Shown here: piece by piece, positions 38,205-51,327 of the stretch
Position numbering within the stretch: the first letter of the stretch is position 1
How the letters are laid out: every line of letters starts with the position of its first letter
Source: Octopus vulgaris
Lineage: Eukaryota
Direction: 5' to 3'
NCBI GenBank assembly: GCA_951406725.2
Contig: OX597817.1
Coordinates: 141,236,001 to 141,300,000, forward strand
DNA: 64,000 nt
Notes under the pieces: model-generated
What the model was told of the DNA's origin: nothing
Database searches by the model: none
What the model saw: the letters and a program-made list of their open reading frames with translations, nothing else
Position numbers and translations under genes: made by a program

Positions 38205-39420
38205 ATACCACCACCACTACCATATTAACGACATTACAACCTCTGCTCCTATAACTGCCACCATCATTACTACCACCACCACCACCACCAACACCACCAC
38301 TACGTTCAAAATCATCATCGCCATTATCACATCTGCTACCATCACAACCACAAATGTCTTCACTATTACCATTACCACCGCCACTGCAATCATCACCACA
38401 GCCTCGACTACCACCGTCAGCACCAGCATCAGCACCACCAACAGTTACCACTACAACCACTACTACCACCACTACAACAATCACTACCACCACCACCACT
38501 AGTACAACCACAATTACCACCACCGTAATTCCTACCACCACCACTACTACCACCACCATTATCACCACAACTACTACCACCACAACCACCATAACCACAA
38601 CCACGACCACCACAACTAACACTACCACCACCATCACTATCACCACCACCACCAACAACACATCTACCATCACCACAATCACCACCATTACCACGACAAC
38701 CACGACAACCACCACCACCATCATCACCACAACCACCACCACTATCATCATCACAACTATTGCCACCACCACAAACACTACCACACAACAACCACAACCA
38801 CTACCACAACCACAACCACCATCACCATCACCTCCACAACCAACACCACCATCACCACTACAGCTATTGCCACCACCACAAACGCTACCACACCACAACC
38901 ACTACCATCACTACCACAACCACTACTACCACCACCACAACCCCTACCACCACCACTACCTCAACCACCACTACCACTACTACATCTATCAACTTGTACT
39001 ACAACCACAGCAATCAAAAGCACCACCACGGTCACTACAACCACTACAACCATTATCAACAGAACTACCACCTTCTCCAACACACCACCACCACGCCTAG
39101 AACTAGCTGAGTCACCACCACCAGCACTACAGCCAACAACATCGCCACTGCCATCACCACCACTACCACCACCACCACCACCACCACCACCAACAACAAC
39201 AGCAATAATAACAACAGAAACAACATCAGCCACAATCACTGTCACAAAAACTGCCAGAGGCACCACCATCACCACCACACCACCATCACCACCACCACCA
39301 TCACTACTGCCACCAACACTACTACCACCACCACCACCACCACCACCACTACCAACACCACACCACCACCACCACCACTACCAACACTACTACCATCAAC
39401 ACTACCACCACCACCACTAC
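38205..39420. repeat. Degenerate (ACC/ACT/ACA)n trinucleotide tract
   Basis: About 1.2 kb of CAC/CAT/CAA triplets. Confidence 0.9.
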
Positions 39421-41284
39421 AAGAATTGACAACAATTTCTTCCCAGTGTTTGAGATTTTTTACCGTGACTCTAATAAATAACTAAATCAATAAACAAATA
39501 AATAATTAAATAAATAAGTAAATACATTGAAACAAGACAAGTAAATAACATCACATGGTTTATCAGATAACAAGAAATAGTTGGGCGGTCAAAGGAAAAT
39601 TGGAGGAGGGTGTTTAAATGTTTTGCCTTATTGGTGAAATAATTGAAGAATTAGCAACGGAAATGAAGTCATTAAGATATTTTGTTTTCTAACGTTTTTA
39701 TATTTTGTATTGTTTAATTTAATTTCTTTCATCAAATACCATCAAAATATTTGTATATCGATTGAATTTTGTAAATCGATTGAAATTTGTAAATTGAATG
39801 ACTGGTAGTAATTCTTTGTACTGATTAAATAGTATAATTAGCTTATACGGATTAAATTCTGGTAATCTTTTACGGAATGGTAAAATAAAACCATCTACAG
39901 CGATTGAATTGCATAAATGCAAGGCGTCAAATAGACCGACTTTATCAGCAACGAAGGGGTCAGAAGTAGAGCAGACCAACGCCTATGACTCATCACCATC
40001 TGCAAAGCACCGTTTGAGTTTGCAGGAACATGTCACATGATCCCGACGAACAAAATCCACCAATCAACACCTACTTCTGCAATTACATAAAATACTTTAA
40101 CATATTCCTTTTACATATAACTTCAAATAATATTTAATTATAAGAGGATAATAAGATGTTTTTTTTTTTTAAAACAAGGAATGTCTATGAGGATCCATCC
40201 AATTAAAATACGTGAAAAATGGTTGAGAACTACTGCTTTACATCGATGAAATACATTTGAAGTAAATAATATAAGCTCTGGCACGGGTCTGTATGTGATT
40301 GACTGAGGTGCAAGAAATGTCCAACAAATAATCCTCTAATTGTGTCATGCCGTCTTTATAAAAACAAGAAAGACATTTTCAATAATGTAATTTTATATCC
40401 CCCCCCCCAAAAAAAAAACACAGGAAAAAAGACGGGATGTGTGGTAAGAAGTTTGTTTCCCGACCATTTAGTTCCGGGTACCCTAGCATGGCCACAGTCT
40501 AATCACTAAGCAAGTAACAAATAAAAGATGAAGATTATTAAATGTGTCTTGTAATTTCTAAGGCAACCGGATGTGGCTTCAGGGAGATTTGATTACTTCT
40601 TCTAGCAGGTCAAGCAATCGTACTACACGTGAAGGAATTTTTGTTGAATGCCAAGAGACATCTGGCAGATGAGGCCGGCTACGAAAAATGCGATTAGAAT
40701 ATTTTGTGCTCCGAATATGTAACAGGTAAGTTTCTGGTGGCATAAATCAAAATAGAGTTGTTGAAGGAAAATATATGTCGAATGTGATAGGAGAGGTAAG
40801 ATCAGAACAAGCAAAATGGAAAGAACCTGGAAAGATCCAGACCCAAGGAAACTGAATTTTAGAAAAAAGAAAAAGGCTTATGTACTGTAGAGAGGAAGAC
40901 AGACTTCAAAAACCTCCATAAAGAAGTTCATTTAAACAAATCCGAAATATTCGGAAAATGAAGGCATTTTGAAAAACAAATAATACGCAACTAAGAAATA
41001 TCTGCTTCCCCTAATTGGGATAACATACACCCTTATGTTGTTTCAATGTAAAATTCGCTGTTTTCTCTTTCAAATACCTTCACTTGCAATATTTACTTTA
41101 TGTTTCGATTTATTTTATCCTTCTTAGATCCATTTTACTTTTAGTCCACAACAATGAAGGGGGTTAATATCCCACAACTTTAATTTCGGTTTTCCAACGA
41201 TGTCAAACAATTTCCGATGTTTATTCTGTCAACATTAATATCATAATCAAGCTGCGTAATTCATAACACACGATGTCAAATTAT

Positions 41285-42355
41285 TCATCGTGGAATTCTT
41301 AAAGAAATTACTTGTTAAGAACATTCACAGGTTCTTATACCATGTGAACATAAATAGGATCTGAAGACAAAGTTAGGGGAACCAGTGGATGTGCACTTCT
41401 AAAGACCATGATCTATATCAAAATGTGCTGCTGGGAATACAAATGTTTCCAATATCCTATTTGGGTAATTAAATTTTCTAAAAGTTAAATTAAATCCAGC
41501 CTCCAGCTTCAAAGCAGAAGTAAATCTTACGTCTAACCCGAAGACGGCGGCTGGGTTTATCCAATGTTTACTGGTTTCCGTTACTGCATATTCTGGTGAA
41601 CTACATCTGCCAACATTATGAAGGATCTTCGAGCCCTCAGAAACAGCTGTTGGACTTGTAACATCATACTTTCTCCCTTTTGTACACTATGTAAGTTTGG
41701 TCTGTCAATATACAAATATCTGCATATTTTTACCTGAATGTTCATCGTCTGAAAATTTTCAGCCTTTGCTTTGTCGCTATATATATATGTATAAAGTATA
41801 TATATTTTGTGTATCAAACCCAAACAGTTTATTCGCATAACTGTCTCCATATCTGCTCACTTGTATATTTATGAGTATATGGGTGTATGTGTGTGTATGT
41901 GTTTGATTGTGTGTGTATGTATATATGATAAATGATGTATATATATATATATGTAGAAAGAGTTAAGATAGATAGATAGATATATAGATAGGTATATAGA
42001 TAGGTATATATAGATAGGTATATAGATAGACGGATAGATAGGTAGATAGATAGATAGATAGATAGATAGGTAGGTAGGTAGGTAGGTAGGTAGGTAGGTA
42101 GGCAGGCAGGTAGGTAGATAGATATATGTAATGGAGTAACAGAGAATATGGGTAAGATAGGTTGAACAAGATAAAATTAGTTTAACACTTATAGAATGGG
42201 AATCTTTTAAGTACAACTTTTCAGACAAAGCTTCTTCTTTGGAAGAGGTTGTCGAGTCAAGAGAGAAGACAAATAGCGACAAAAAACTTTGAAGACAAAA
42301 AATAATAGCAAATAAAGGGCCAGTGAAGATGAAAGTGCACGAAGCTTGTTTACAT
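41285..42355 (-). pseudogene. Decayed two-exon secreted-protein gene, tentatively IL-17-like cystine knot
   Basis: TATAAATA 42413-42420; GCCACCATG at 42355; signal-peptide-like exon 1 after a 1-nt shift; donor-like ATAAGT at 42192; acceptor tttcag at 41749; exon 2 motifs *SW..., NYPNRILET, KC...FVFR...CSHG; AATAAA at 41220-41225. Confidence 0.45.
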
Positions 42356-42564
42356 GGTGGCCTTTGCAAGAGAATTCTCAATAGAAATTAACCCTGACCC
42401 TACTTTAGTCTTTATTTATAAGTGATGAAGTAATACATACATACATATATGAATATATATGCAGATATTTATAAAAAGTGTAGGTGGCATACGAGTGGGT
42501 ATATATTTATAAAAAGGAAGTTTGAAAACACCTCTATATAAGATAAATTTTAATTTTCTGAGAG

Positions 42565-42612
42565 ATTTTACATGTTTCGGTTCTTCTTTGAAAAACGAAC
42601 CTTATCAATAAT
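42565..42612 (-). ncRNA. Minimal hammerhead motif, U3-A8 variant, in a Penelope-like terminus
   Basis: UUGAUAA-GGUUC(13 nt)GAACC-GAA-ACAUGU-A; stem I imperfect; inverted partial copy at ~42695-42740. Confidence 0.6.
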
Positions 42613-42837
42613 ATATATTTTTAAAAGTTAAGTGTAATAAAAGAAAAGTTCATAATTGTTTCTTACAAGTTTCAACAGAGTCCACGTGGTGGTGTAACTT
42701 TTAAAAATATATAGTTTTGATAAGGTTCGTTGTTTCAAGAATATATATATATATATGACCCTTCTGTCCGGCAGTCACCATGATAGATCGGTAGCCACTA
42801 CACCCATTTTTTTCTCTCCTTGTTTTTTTCTGTGTCC

Positions 42838-42873
42838 CTTTCTGTAGAAGAGCGTAGGCTCGAAACGTAAAAG
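42838..42873 (+). ncRNA. Minimal hammerhead motif, C3-G8 with atypical U6
   Basis: CUUU-CUGUAGA-a-GAGC(guag)GCUC-GAA-ACGU-A-AAAG. Confidence 0.6.
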
Positions 42874-42942
42874 ACTTTTTTCAATTCCTGAGCGTTATAC
42901 TAATACATCTGTTTGTTTTGTACACCACCTTCGTAGAATTCT

Positions 42943-42994
<52 letters not shown>

Positions 42995-44949
42995 ATGGTT
43001 AGATGGATGTATGGATATCGATTCAGAAGAGAATCATAACTATGTGAGTTATGAAAATATATATATCTAAATCTGGAGTTGCCAATTGCTAGTGTATTTT
43101 TTACATTAGACAAAAACAACAGCAATACGGAAAGAAATTCCACCAAAATATTCCTTGGATACAATCGACAAGTAAACGTGAACGCATAACTCAAACTAAA
43201 CAGCGTTATACTTTCTAATAATATTTCTAGTAATTTTATAAATAACTCGTTCCATGTGAAATCACAAAGAAGTTGATAATTGTTCCTGTTGCATGAATAG
43301 ACGTGTTGTATAATGCCCTCCGAAAAAATATTTTATAAAGTAGTGAAGTAATCCTGTACATATATGAAATGACGACGATAAAACAACACGTTTGGATTGT
43401 TGTATGAAACGCAAGTCTAATTTAATTTAAAGCAACAAAATGTTATTCATATATTTTGAAAATTTGCGGTGATAACACAATTTTCATGGCAGGCATACCA
43501 ATTGAATATTTAAAATTCCCCCCCCCCCCTCAAAATAATTTTTGTAGTCTGTAGCATCAGCAGGGTAATGTTTGCCAGGGAGTATTTTTTTAAGTACCAG
43601 TGTTCAGCTACGACACACGGTTAATTAAACAATATCTAAACATACATTTTTACAATAAACACATTTTAAAATCTAAAAATATAAAAGAACAAAACAGGAT
43701 TGTGAAATAAATGAAATAAAGTAGAATATGAAAAAAATTAAATGAAGAAAAAGCCATCTAATGAAGGTGAGACAAAAGAGAGAGAATAGGGATGATGATT
43801 AGAAGAAAAAAGTGTGAAATAAAGTGGAGAACAGAAAATGAGAATGCCCTTTGGAAGGTGCTAATAGCAGTAACCTTTTTGGAAGACAAAGAACCAATTT
43901 GGTCTAAATTATGGAGTGACTGTGCAGCAGCTAATCTTGTTACAGGTTTCCTAAATCCGCACCTCGACATAATTCGATTCAATGTTTTTTTTTCATAGAT
44001 ATATTCTGTCCGTCTCTTGAACAAAGCTAAGAGAAAGAAAAAAAGAGATATGATGTATGAAGAGAGAAGTTACTGGCCCAATTATTTCTTTATGCAACTG
44101 CCATAGTTATGAAAGGTTAACACGTGAGTGAAAATGCTTTGTGGCATTTCTTCCGACGCCTTAAGTTCCGGATTCAAATTCCTCAGATGCCGACTCTGAC
44201 TTTCATTCTTTCCAGATCGATAAGATAAGTTCATGTTGCGCAACGGGGTTTATGTAACAAACTTTACCCCTCCCCTTAAAATTGCTGGGATTGTGCCAAA
44301 ATTTGAAACATTTATAAAATATAAAGGTCGTGAATTTGAAAGATGACATGTCGACAGAGAGAAGGGAAGCTTGAGGTTTCGAGACTGTACCTTTCCCGAC
44401 CGTCAATAGATTCCCAGATCTTTTTTCTTTTTTACAATTTTTATCATTCATATATAACGATCGTGAAGTCGTTGTCCTGATAGTAATCATGAGGTCGTGG
44501 CTTCGATTCTCAGACCTGTCAGTGCAGTTGTGTTCTTGTGTAAATCGCTGTATTAACCACTACTCCACTCTACTCAGCTGTAAATGAGTTCGAGCAGCCG
44601 TTGGGAAATTGACCGCGCGATGGACTGGCGGCCCGTCCAGGCGGAGTGTTGTTACCTCAGTCAATGATATTCCATAGAAACTGAGTTAAACTGTCCTACC
44701 ACTCATGACTGACTTACGTCCTGAGTCTATTAGATATTTCAATTCAGATACAAATAGATATAAAACTTTCAACGAAACATAAAGGACACACAAACACAAA
44801 CACACACACAAACAAACAAACACACACTCACATAGACAAACATATACGCACCCATCGAAAGTGGCAAGACTTTCTACGAACACAAAATAAAAAATGTGTG
44901 ACCTTATATTAGTCGATATAATATAGAATACAACACTAGACGCATGCGT

Positions 44950-45260
44950 AGCTACGAGGTAAGGAGCTTGTTTCCCAACCACATGGTTCGGGGTTCATTT
45001 CCACGGCAAGGCATCTTGCAAAAGTGTCCTACTGTACCCTCGGACTGACCAAAGACTTGTGAGTGGATTTTAGTAGACGGAAATTGAAAGAAGTCCGTTT
45101 TGGCTCTGTGGTAAGAATCTTCCTTCCCAACCACATGGTCCCGGGTTCAGTCATTCTGAGTTGTGCCTGGGTGGATGTCTTCTGCCTGCCATAGTCTCGG
45201 GCCAACCAAAGCCTAGTGAGTGGATTTCGTAGACGTAAACTGAAAACCCGTCGTATATAT
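44950..45260 (+). mobile_element. Two tandem SINE heads (second family)
   Basis: cccaaccacatgg...ggttca, gtgagtggattt...gtagacg occurs twice. Confidence 0.75.
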
Positions 45261-45334
45261 GTGTATCGTTGTAATTCGAGATAGTTTTTTTTTTGCCAAA
45301 TAAACACATGCACTCTGTATTTGTTCGTTTATTA

Positions 45335-45740
45335 CTCTTTTACTCTTTTACTTGTTTCAGTTATTTTGACTGCGGCCATGCTGGAGCACCGCCTTCAGTC
45401 GAGCAAATCGACCCCGGGACTTATTCTTTGTAAGTCCAGTACTTATTCTATCGGTCTCTTTTGCCGAACCGCTAAGTTACGGGGACGCAAACACACCAGC
45501 ATCGGTTTTCAAGCAATGCTAGGGAGACAGACACAGACACACAAACACACACACATACATATATATACATATATATGACAGGCTTCTTTCAGTTTCCGTC
45601 TACCAAATCCACTCACAAGGCATTGGTCGGCCCGGGGCTATAGCAGAAGACACTTGCCCAAGATGCCACGCAGTGGGACTGAACCCGGAACCATGTGGCT
45701 GGTCAGCAAGCTACTTACCACACAGCCACTCCTTCGCCTA
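45335..45740 (-). mobile_element. tRNA SINE (second family), full length
   Basis: Near-identical to 12440-12833. Confidence 0.88.
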
Positions 45741-45767
45741 TATTGTTCTTATTAAAAAAAAATTTAA

Positions 45768-45911
45768 CTCATGTCCATTGTCCGGAAATCTTTCATCACA
45801 TATCGTGCGTGCTCTTGCTCCACTGTGGAGCAAGAGTACACACGAAAAGGAAAAGCGTCGCTGAAGAGGTCACAGGTGTGTGACGTAAGATTTCCAGACA
45901 ATGGACATGAT
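45768..45911. mobile_element. MITE with TTAA target site (piggyBac-like)
   Basis: ~32-bp TIR tcatgtccattgtccggaaatctttcatcaca / tgtgacgtaagatttccagacaatggacatga; TTAA at 45764-45767 and 45912-45915. Confidence 0.8.
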
Positions 45912-46022
45912 TTAAAACAAATATATAGTGCGTGTATTTATTTGGCAAAAAAAAAAGAGAAAGAAATGACAATACCTATTTCAACTCACGATTTTACATC
46001 AGGAATCTTGCAACACACATCG

Positions 46023-46104
<82 letters not shown>

Positions 46105-46105
46105 G

Positions 46106-46245
46106 TGTATAAATTGACAGAATGACATACAAAAATCGAAGGTTGTAAATAGGTTTTAGAACATTTATAAATGTTTTTTATAAATGTTCTGTAAACTATT
46201 CACAACCTTGGATTTTTAAAATCTCATTCGGTCAATTTTTATACA
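46106..46245. repeat. Near-loopless ~140-bp palindrome (foldback MITE-like)
   Basis: Left arm aattgacagaatga...agaacatttataaa pairs with tttataaatgttct...tcattcggtcaatt. Confidence 0.8.
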
Positions 46246-46508
46246 GATCCATGCTAATAATGCATGACCCACGTTGGACTCCTCATTCGTATCATTATCG
46301 ATCCTGGATCTTGATCATGCTCTATCCCATGGATATACACTTACTTAGCGTTACTCGGTACCTTTTGGGTCTTCTTGGCACCAATACCTCTCATACCCTA
46401 TGGCCCTCCTGGACGATGAAGAATGCCAACCCAAAAGAGTAAACAAGAGAGACAGAGACACAATTCCAAACCACAAGAGTAATTTATGCTTTCGACAAAC
46501 GACATATA

Positions 46509-47360
46509 TTAGGTTGGCAACTAAGTTTACACCTTTTTTTAAAATTTTAATTTTTTAAAAGGTTTAATAACACAAATAGCAGCTAATTAATCAATAATGT
46601 ATTCACCCTTGTTATTTACAACTTCTTCCCAACGTTCAACAAGATTTTTCAATATATCGTTGGTAGAAATCACCCGATTTCGACTCAAAAAATTGATCCA
46701 ACCAAGTTCTCAATTCAGCATCAATATTGAACGAAACTCCGCACATAGCATTTGAAAGGGATCGAAAGAGTTGGAAAGCCGTTGGTGCCAAATTAGGAGA
46801 GTACGGCGGGTGTGGCAGTACTTCCCAGCTATGCGTTTGAATAGCTTCCTCGGTCATATTGGCGAAATGAGGGCGGGCGTTGTAGCGCAGCAGAAGAACT
46901 CCATGCTGCGGATTAGGTCTTTTCTCTTGAATAGCCGTGTTGAGCCGTTCCATCTGTTGAACATAGAGTTCTGTGTTGACCGTTTGGTTCCGTTCAAGTA
47001 ATTCGTAATGGATTATCCCTTCCCGGTCCCACCATACGCACAATATCTTTTTACGCGGATGAAGATATTGTTTCACACGCAGTGTCGCTTGTTTACCGGG
47101 GCTAAGCCATTCCTTATGCTGCTTCATATTGATGTACAGGCACCATTTTTCGTCGCCAGTAACGATCCTTAGATTAAAAGCAAAATAGAAGGTGTCGAAA
47201 ATGCTCGTTTTTCTTAACTTGACATTCCATTTTAATGACCTGAATATAAACAAAAATTAACAAAAATTAACTAGAAAAAACAACAAAATAGATTCCAAAA
47301 TTTAAAAACGCAATAAATTCCAAAATTTAAAAGATGGCGAAAACTTAGTTGCCAACCCAA
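46509..47360 (-). mobile_element. Internally deleted mariner element
   Basis: TIRs ttaggttggcaactaagttt / aaacttagttgccaacccaa with TA TSD; IVTGDEKW, LCVWWD, HPPYSPNLAP; N-terminal HTH missing and catalytic Asp residues altered. Confidence 0.95.
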
Positions 47361-47380
47361 TATATATGTATGTATGTATG

Positions 47381-47420
<40 letters not shown>

Positions 47421-47448
47421 TATATACATATATATGTATGTATGTATG

Positions 47449-47513
<65 letters not shown>

Positions 47514-48818
47514 TTACATATTCTCGCCAACAATAAATAATCAATTAAAGACTCTAAAATTTCTCTCTATCCCTGCATTTTGCTTTTTTATATATAATTG
47601 TATTTTGTCTGTCACTATACCTGGTGGTCTAGTGTTGTCTGTAAACTGCTGGAAAATAAAACACTGCTTTGTGTACGAATTCCAACTGAATGAAATGATA
47701 ATAGGATCTGATGGACAAGAAGTCTAAGGACAGGAAGCCTAAGGCAATCCCATAAAATGGCCTTCCCGTTTTTAGTAGACACTACTCTCCATCTTAGAGG
47801 GTGTTTCTTTCGAATTTGTTTTTCACAAACGATATATATTGATAAGTGTACATCATATTCTCGCCTACAATTTACAATTATGTGAAGGCACTAAAATTTC
47901 TGCTAATAGAGCCTATAATTTTTCTTGAATTACTCCAATAATCGAAAGTAATTTATCTAGAGATAAGGTGAAGAGAAACTCAATAATTCCTGCAATTAGA
48001 AACAATTTTTTTCATACTTTTCAATAAGCAGATTTAGATATAATCCAAGGGAAGTAATTACAAGAAAATACATAGGAGTTGCTTCCCTTACATGATCATT
48101 CCCTTTTTCAGTATGTTGAGTGGAATTTGTTTTAGTACAAAAATATTCTTGAGAAAGGTTCCAATTATTTTTGGGAGTTAAGGGTGAAAAGGTAAGATGT
48201 CTGTGGTGTCATTTGACCTCATGCTGTTAGAAGATGTAAATACCTGAAGGCATTTTGTGCGCTCATCCGATTCCGTTCACCTATCAATAACGTTTTTCAA
48301 CTTGTTAATCCATTTCGTAGAAACATTTAACGTTCACACACACCCTCTCTGTCTTTCTCTCTCTTTTCTCTCTCCATTCTCCCTCTCACTCTCTCTAACT
48401 ATCTGTATATCTAACTATCTCTCTATCTCTCTATCTATCTCTCTGTTTCTCTCTCTCACACACACATCTACATAACAGCCTACTAAGTACTCTTCCTGTG
48501 TATATATAAACTGTGAGTATTGGAGTATGACTACCTACTGTGTATATTTCCTATTTAGTATTGGGGATGTTTCATTTATGAAAACATACTCTTGTATTTG
48601 CCTGAGTATATTTCACTGGCGAAGGCAGAGCATCTCTTATGCAAAGTCAGAAATCCAGGATCTGGAATTATCCAATAAAATTTTTTTGCTAGTATATTTT
48701 TGTCTCTCTGTCTTCTCTCCTAGTGCTATATAAACATTTAATGTGGCTTTAGAGTCAGGTTTTGACTGCTATTTCAGCGTGGTTGTATCTCTCAGATACC
48801 TTAAATTATAATTTTAAA

Positions 48819-48888
<70 letters not shown>

Positions 48889-48976
48889 CTTGGGAATGGA
48901 TGCGTGACGTTCAATTAAATAAAGATATACATACATATATATATATATGTGTGTGTGTATGCATATATACTTACAG

Positions 48977-49023
<47 letters not shown>

Positions 49024-49827
49024 AACTCGATGTCTTCTACACAGTTTCATTCTACCAAATTCAACCACGAAGCTGTGGCTGGCCCAGGATTATAGGAGAA
49101 GACACTAACCTAAGATGCCGCACATTGTGCCTGAACTCTAAACCCCGTAGTTGCCAATGGTGTTTCTGAACCATGCAGCCACGCCACCGCACACTGATGT
49201 ATTTTAAGAATCACTGCAACATGGACAAAACCGGAAAGATTAACTGTTTCCAGTCTGTTCTATTTTCATGTAAAAAATGATATTTGTTACAATTAAGGAA
49301 AATGACTTTATTAAAGTGGAGTTATGAGAAGAGCAACTTCCATTGGTTGAATCCCTTTTTAATTCCTATAATTTCCATTTTTGTAATTATAATTGTAATT
49401 ATGCCCGCTTCTCACAACTATTGATTGTTTACAAGGCACAATTATTGATTATGATGAAAGGCACAAAAACTTCAAATTCTTGTTTTTGATGGTGATGGCC
49501 ATACTGGGAGAAGAATGGGCGGTTATGTGAACTTGAGCTAGACTTGCAGCTTGTTTCAGTGACCTCAGTATTATAAGCATTACCTCCAGGTGGTTTGAAC
49601 TAGATACTGCCAAAATATTTTGTCCGCCGCGCAACACCACTTGGCCACAGGAATATGTTTACATTATTAATTAGGACCTTAGAGGAATCGGTCTAATTAG
49701 TTCCGTAGATTGGTTTCTGTGAATCTACAAATTAATAGTTGCCAATCATTAACAGTTGATTTGATATTGAGAACAAAGTCTGAATAAACAGCTGAAATGG
49801 GAAGCGTTTATGTATATCGGTGTGATT

Positions 49828-49882
<55 letters not shown>

Positions 49883-50090
49883 GTGCCTGTGTTTGTCCCC
49901 CACCTTCATTTGATAACCGATGTCGGTGTGTTTACGTCCTCGTAACATAGCGATTCGGCAAAAAGAGAACGATAGAATAAGTACTAGGCTTACAAAGAAT
50001 AATCTAGGGGAAATCTGTTCAACTATAAGCGGTGCTCCAGCATGGCAGCAGTCAAATGACTGAAAGAAATAAAAGAATAAAAGATAAGAA

Positions 50091-50167
<77 letters not shown>

Positions 50168-50417
50168 CATATTTAAAAAAAAAATCTGGATGCTGCTGTC
50201 TTATGAAGTTCCATATACTGTCGTTAAAAGCACGAAGTAGTGGTAATAAACAGTCCGACGACTTATGAGGAGTTATCTTCTTTTGGTATTTTGTCCCATA
50301 CTTCTCTCTCATTATGCATTTACACATTCTTCACTCGTTGGTGACGTCCTGTAGACAATGTGTATTTTTCATTTTATTTATAATCGAACGCCACGCAGCC
50401 TTGGCCACAGTAAGTCT

Positions 50418-50472
<55 letters not shown>

Positions 50473-51132
50473 TGTAAAACAGCAAAAGAATGAGAGCTCG
50501 ATATTTGTATATGCTATAATTAAGAGAACAAAAAATAAAGATTTATTATTGCTTTTCAGACAGTTTTTCGAAATCAGTGACAGTGGTTACTGGGAAAAAC
50601 AGTAAATAGATATTCGCAAACAGGTCTCTCTTCATCGAAAACCGGTGATTACCGTACGTTGACAAGAGGCAAATACCTCTAAACTGCAGTCCGTGCGTAT
50701 CACTTAGGTTTACGAGAGAGGGATGACCTCCCTTTGCAAATATCATAAGGGCACAGAAAGTGTGCCTTAAGCCAGCTGGAGACGATGATCTCCTGGGGCT
50801 AAAAGCTATAGTAACACCCACCCTTAGTGGTTAGCCATATTGAGATGGTTAGTATACTTTACGTTAAAAAATAAAGAGTTGTCATTATTAGAGATTGAAA
50901 CCCGGAACCATGGAATTGGTAAACACATTTCTTTAAAATCCTTTCTGCTATAGGCATAAGGCTTGAAATTTGTGGATTACATTGACCCCAGTATTTCGCT
51001 GGTACTTAATTTATCGACCCTGAATTCGGATTTTTAACTCAGAACGTAGCGGCAGACGAAATACACAAATTTCGTAATGACAACCGTTTACTGTTTGCTC
51101 TATTAATCATAGCATGTGTGTGTGTGTGTGTG

Positions 51133-51206
<74 letters not shown>

Positions 51207-51327
51207 TAATGACTGATTGAAAGAGATGAAATTCATGGATGGAGATTCTGCTTAGGCCATCGATATTTTAAACTGAATTCTAAGGAGAAAGCATCTGGTT
51301 AATAAATAAAACTCTTCTCCATTATAA

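Noticed and set aside
38354-39100. 248-aa Thr/Pro/His-rich mucin-like ORF and the 287-aa Val-rich antisense ORF
   Set aside because: Products of a degenerate trinucleotide tract open in several frames; no signal peptide, domain or convincing splice sites.
40221-40235. hAT-Charlie-like terminus ggttgagaactactg
   Set aside because: No matching second end or transposase found; too little to define an element.
40605-40731. Candidate plus-strand exon ending CAG|GTAAGT
   Set aside because: Stops in all three frames from the nearest acceptor, which is itself part of a common repeat motif.
50546-50821. 91-aa ORF in apparently unique sequence
   Set aside because: Shares tttagcc.caggaga.catcgtctccagctggct with ~63860-63892, so it is at least partly a repeat; no protein motif recognised.
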